Virus record (IMG/VR): IMGVR_UViG_2703718791_000019
From: a virus
Lineage: Duplodnaviria > Heunggongvirae > Uroviricota > Caudoviricetes
Reading direction: 5' to 3' (one strand)
Length of the DNA: 6,309 bases
Below are positions 5,961-6,309 of the stretch, piece after piece; the stretch's first letter is position 1; each line of letters opens with the position of its first letter. The translations under genes were made by a program, and so were the position numbers. The notes under the pieces are model-generated. The model worked only from the letters and a program-made list of their open reading frames with translations, ran no database searches and was not told the origin of the DNA.

Positions 5961-6309
5961 TGAACCGCCCCGGGTTTCCTGGAGAGTATTTTATCTGTGA
6001 ACTCAGGCTGCCAGATCATTATTTCCGATGGAAGCATAATAAGCTTTTTCTGCTTCTGCCGGAGGAATATGGCCCAGCCTTTCCAGCAATCGTCGATTGT
6101 TATACCAGTCCACCCACGTTCGTGTGGCCAGTTCCACTTCTGTCCGGTTTTTCCAGCTATTACGGTGTATTACCTCCGCTTTGTAAAGACCATTGATGCT
6201 CTCAGCCATCGCGTTGTCATACGAGTCGCCAGTACTCCCTGTTGATGCCAGTAATCCGGCTTCCTTAAGCCGCTGCGCGTAGGCCAGCGATACATACTGA
6301 GAACCTTTA
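5961..6309 (-). mobile_element. IS3-family insertion sequence, IS629/IS1203-like, right end (partial; continues beyond window)
   Basis: The terminus TGAACCGCCCCGGGTTTCCTGGAGAG beginning at 5961 matches the remembered IS629-type terminal inverted repeat (TG... end). The OrfB stop lies 42 nt inside the end. Orientation is minus. Confidence 0.85.
6003..6309 (-). CDS. IS3-family transposase OrfB, C-terminal portion (partial at window edge)
   Basis: The frame is open to the window edge. Translation ...KGSQYVSLAYAQRLKEAGLLASTGSTGDSYDNAMAESINGLYKAEVIHRNSWKNRTEVELATRTWVDWYNNRRLLERLGHIPPAEAEKAYYASIGNNDLAA contains the DDE-region signature GDSYDNA..ES.NGLYK.E and the WVDWYNNRR tail typical of IS3-family OrfB. 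Stop TGA at 6003-6005. Confidence 0.9.
   Translation of the reverse strand, partial: KGSQYVSLAYAQRLKEAGLLASTGSTGDSYDNAMAESINGLYKAEVIHRNSWKNRTEVELATRTWVDWYNNRRLLERLGHIPPAEAEKAYYASIGNNDLAA

Noticed and set aside
5997-6245. Plus-strand ORF 5997-6245 inside the IS
   Set aside because: Antisense to the transposase OrfB frame, which carries the IS3-family DDE-region signature.
1-6309. Avoidance of the predicted endonuclease target: no GCCGGC found in the window on a by-eye scan
   Set aside because: Only about 1-2 occurrences are expected by chance in 6.3 kb, so zero is not statistically meaningful; RCCGGY sites are present.

Overview
All convincing genes in this 6.3 kb window lie on the minus strand. 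It reads as the early-right (nin-like) region of a lambdoid prophage in an E. coli/Shigella-type genome, interrupted at its high-coordinate end by an IS3-family (IS629/IS1203-like) element. In transcription order (high to low coordinates): (1) partial IS with transposase OrfB C-terminus (6003-6309) and terminal inverted repeat starting at 5961; (2) a gene for a winged-helix-like protein truncated by the IS (5213-5960, with the open frame continuing into the IS to 6037); (3) a 141-aa basic protein (4772-5197); (4) a QueH/DUF208-like epoxyqueuosine reductase homologue (3932-4618); (5) a low-GC Type II restriction-modification pair: C5-cytosine methyltransferase (2629-3753) and a PD-(D/E)xK endonuclease of the NgoMIV/Cfr10I family (1737-2615); (6) an intrinsic terminator (1636-1664); (7) a 90-aa ORF (1294-1566) translationally coupled to (8) a 349-aa Cys/His-rich HNH-like protein (243-1292); (9) the 5' part of rusA (1-230), which runs off the window and is absent from the ORF track. 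The most unusual content is the QueH-like gene sitting next to an R-M cassette inside a prophage, and the uncharacterised two-gene module beside the IS. All family assignments rest on motifs read by eye and recalled family signatures; no database search was possible.
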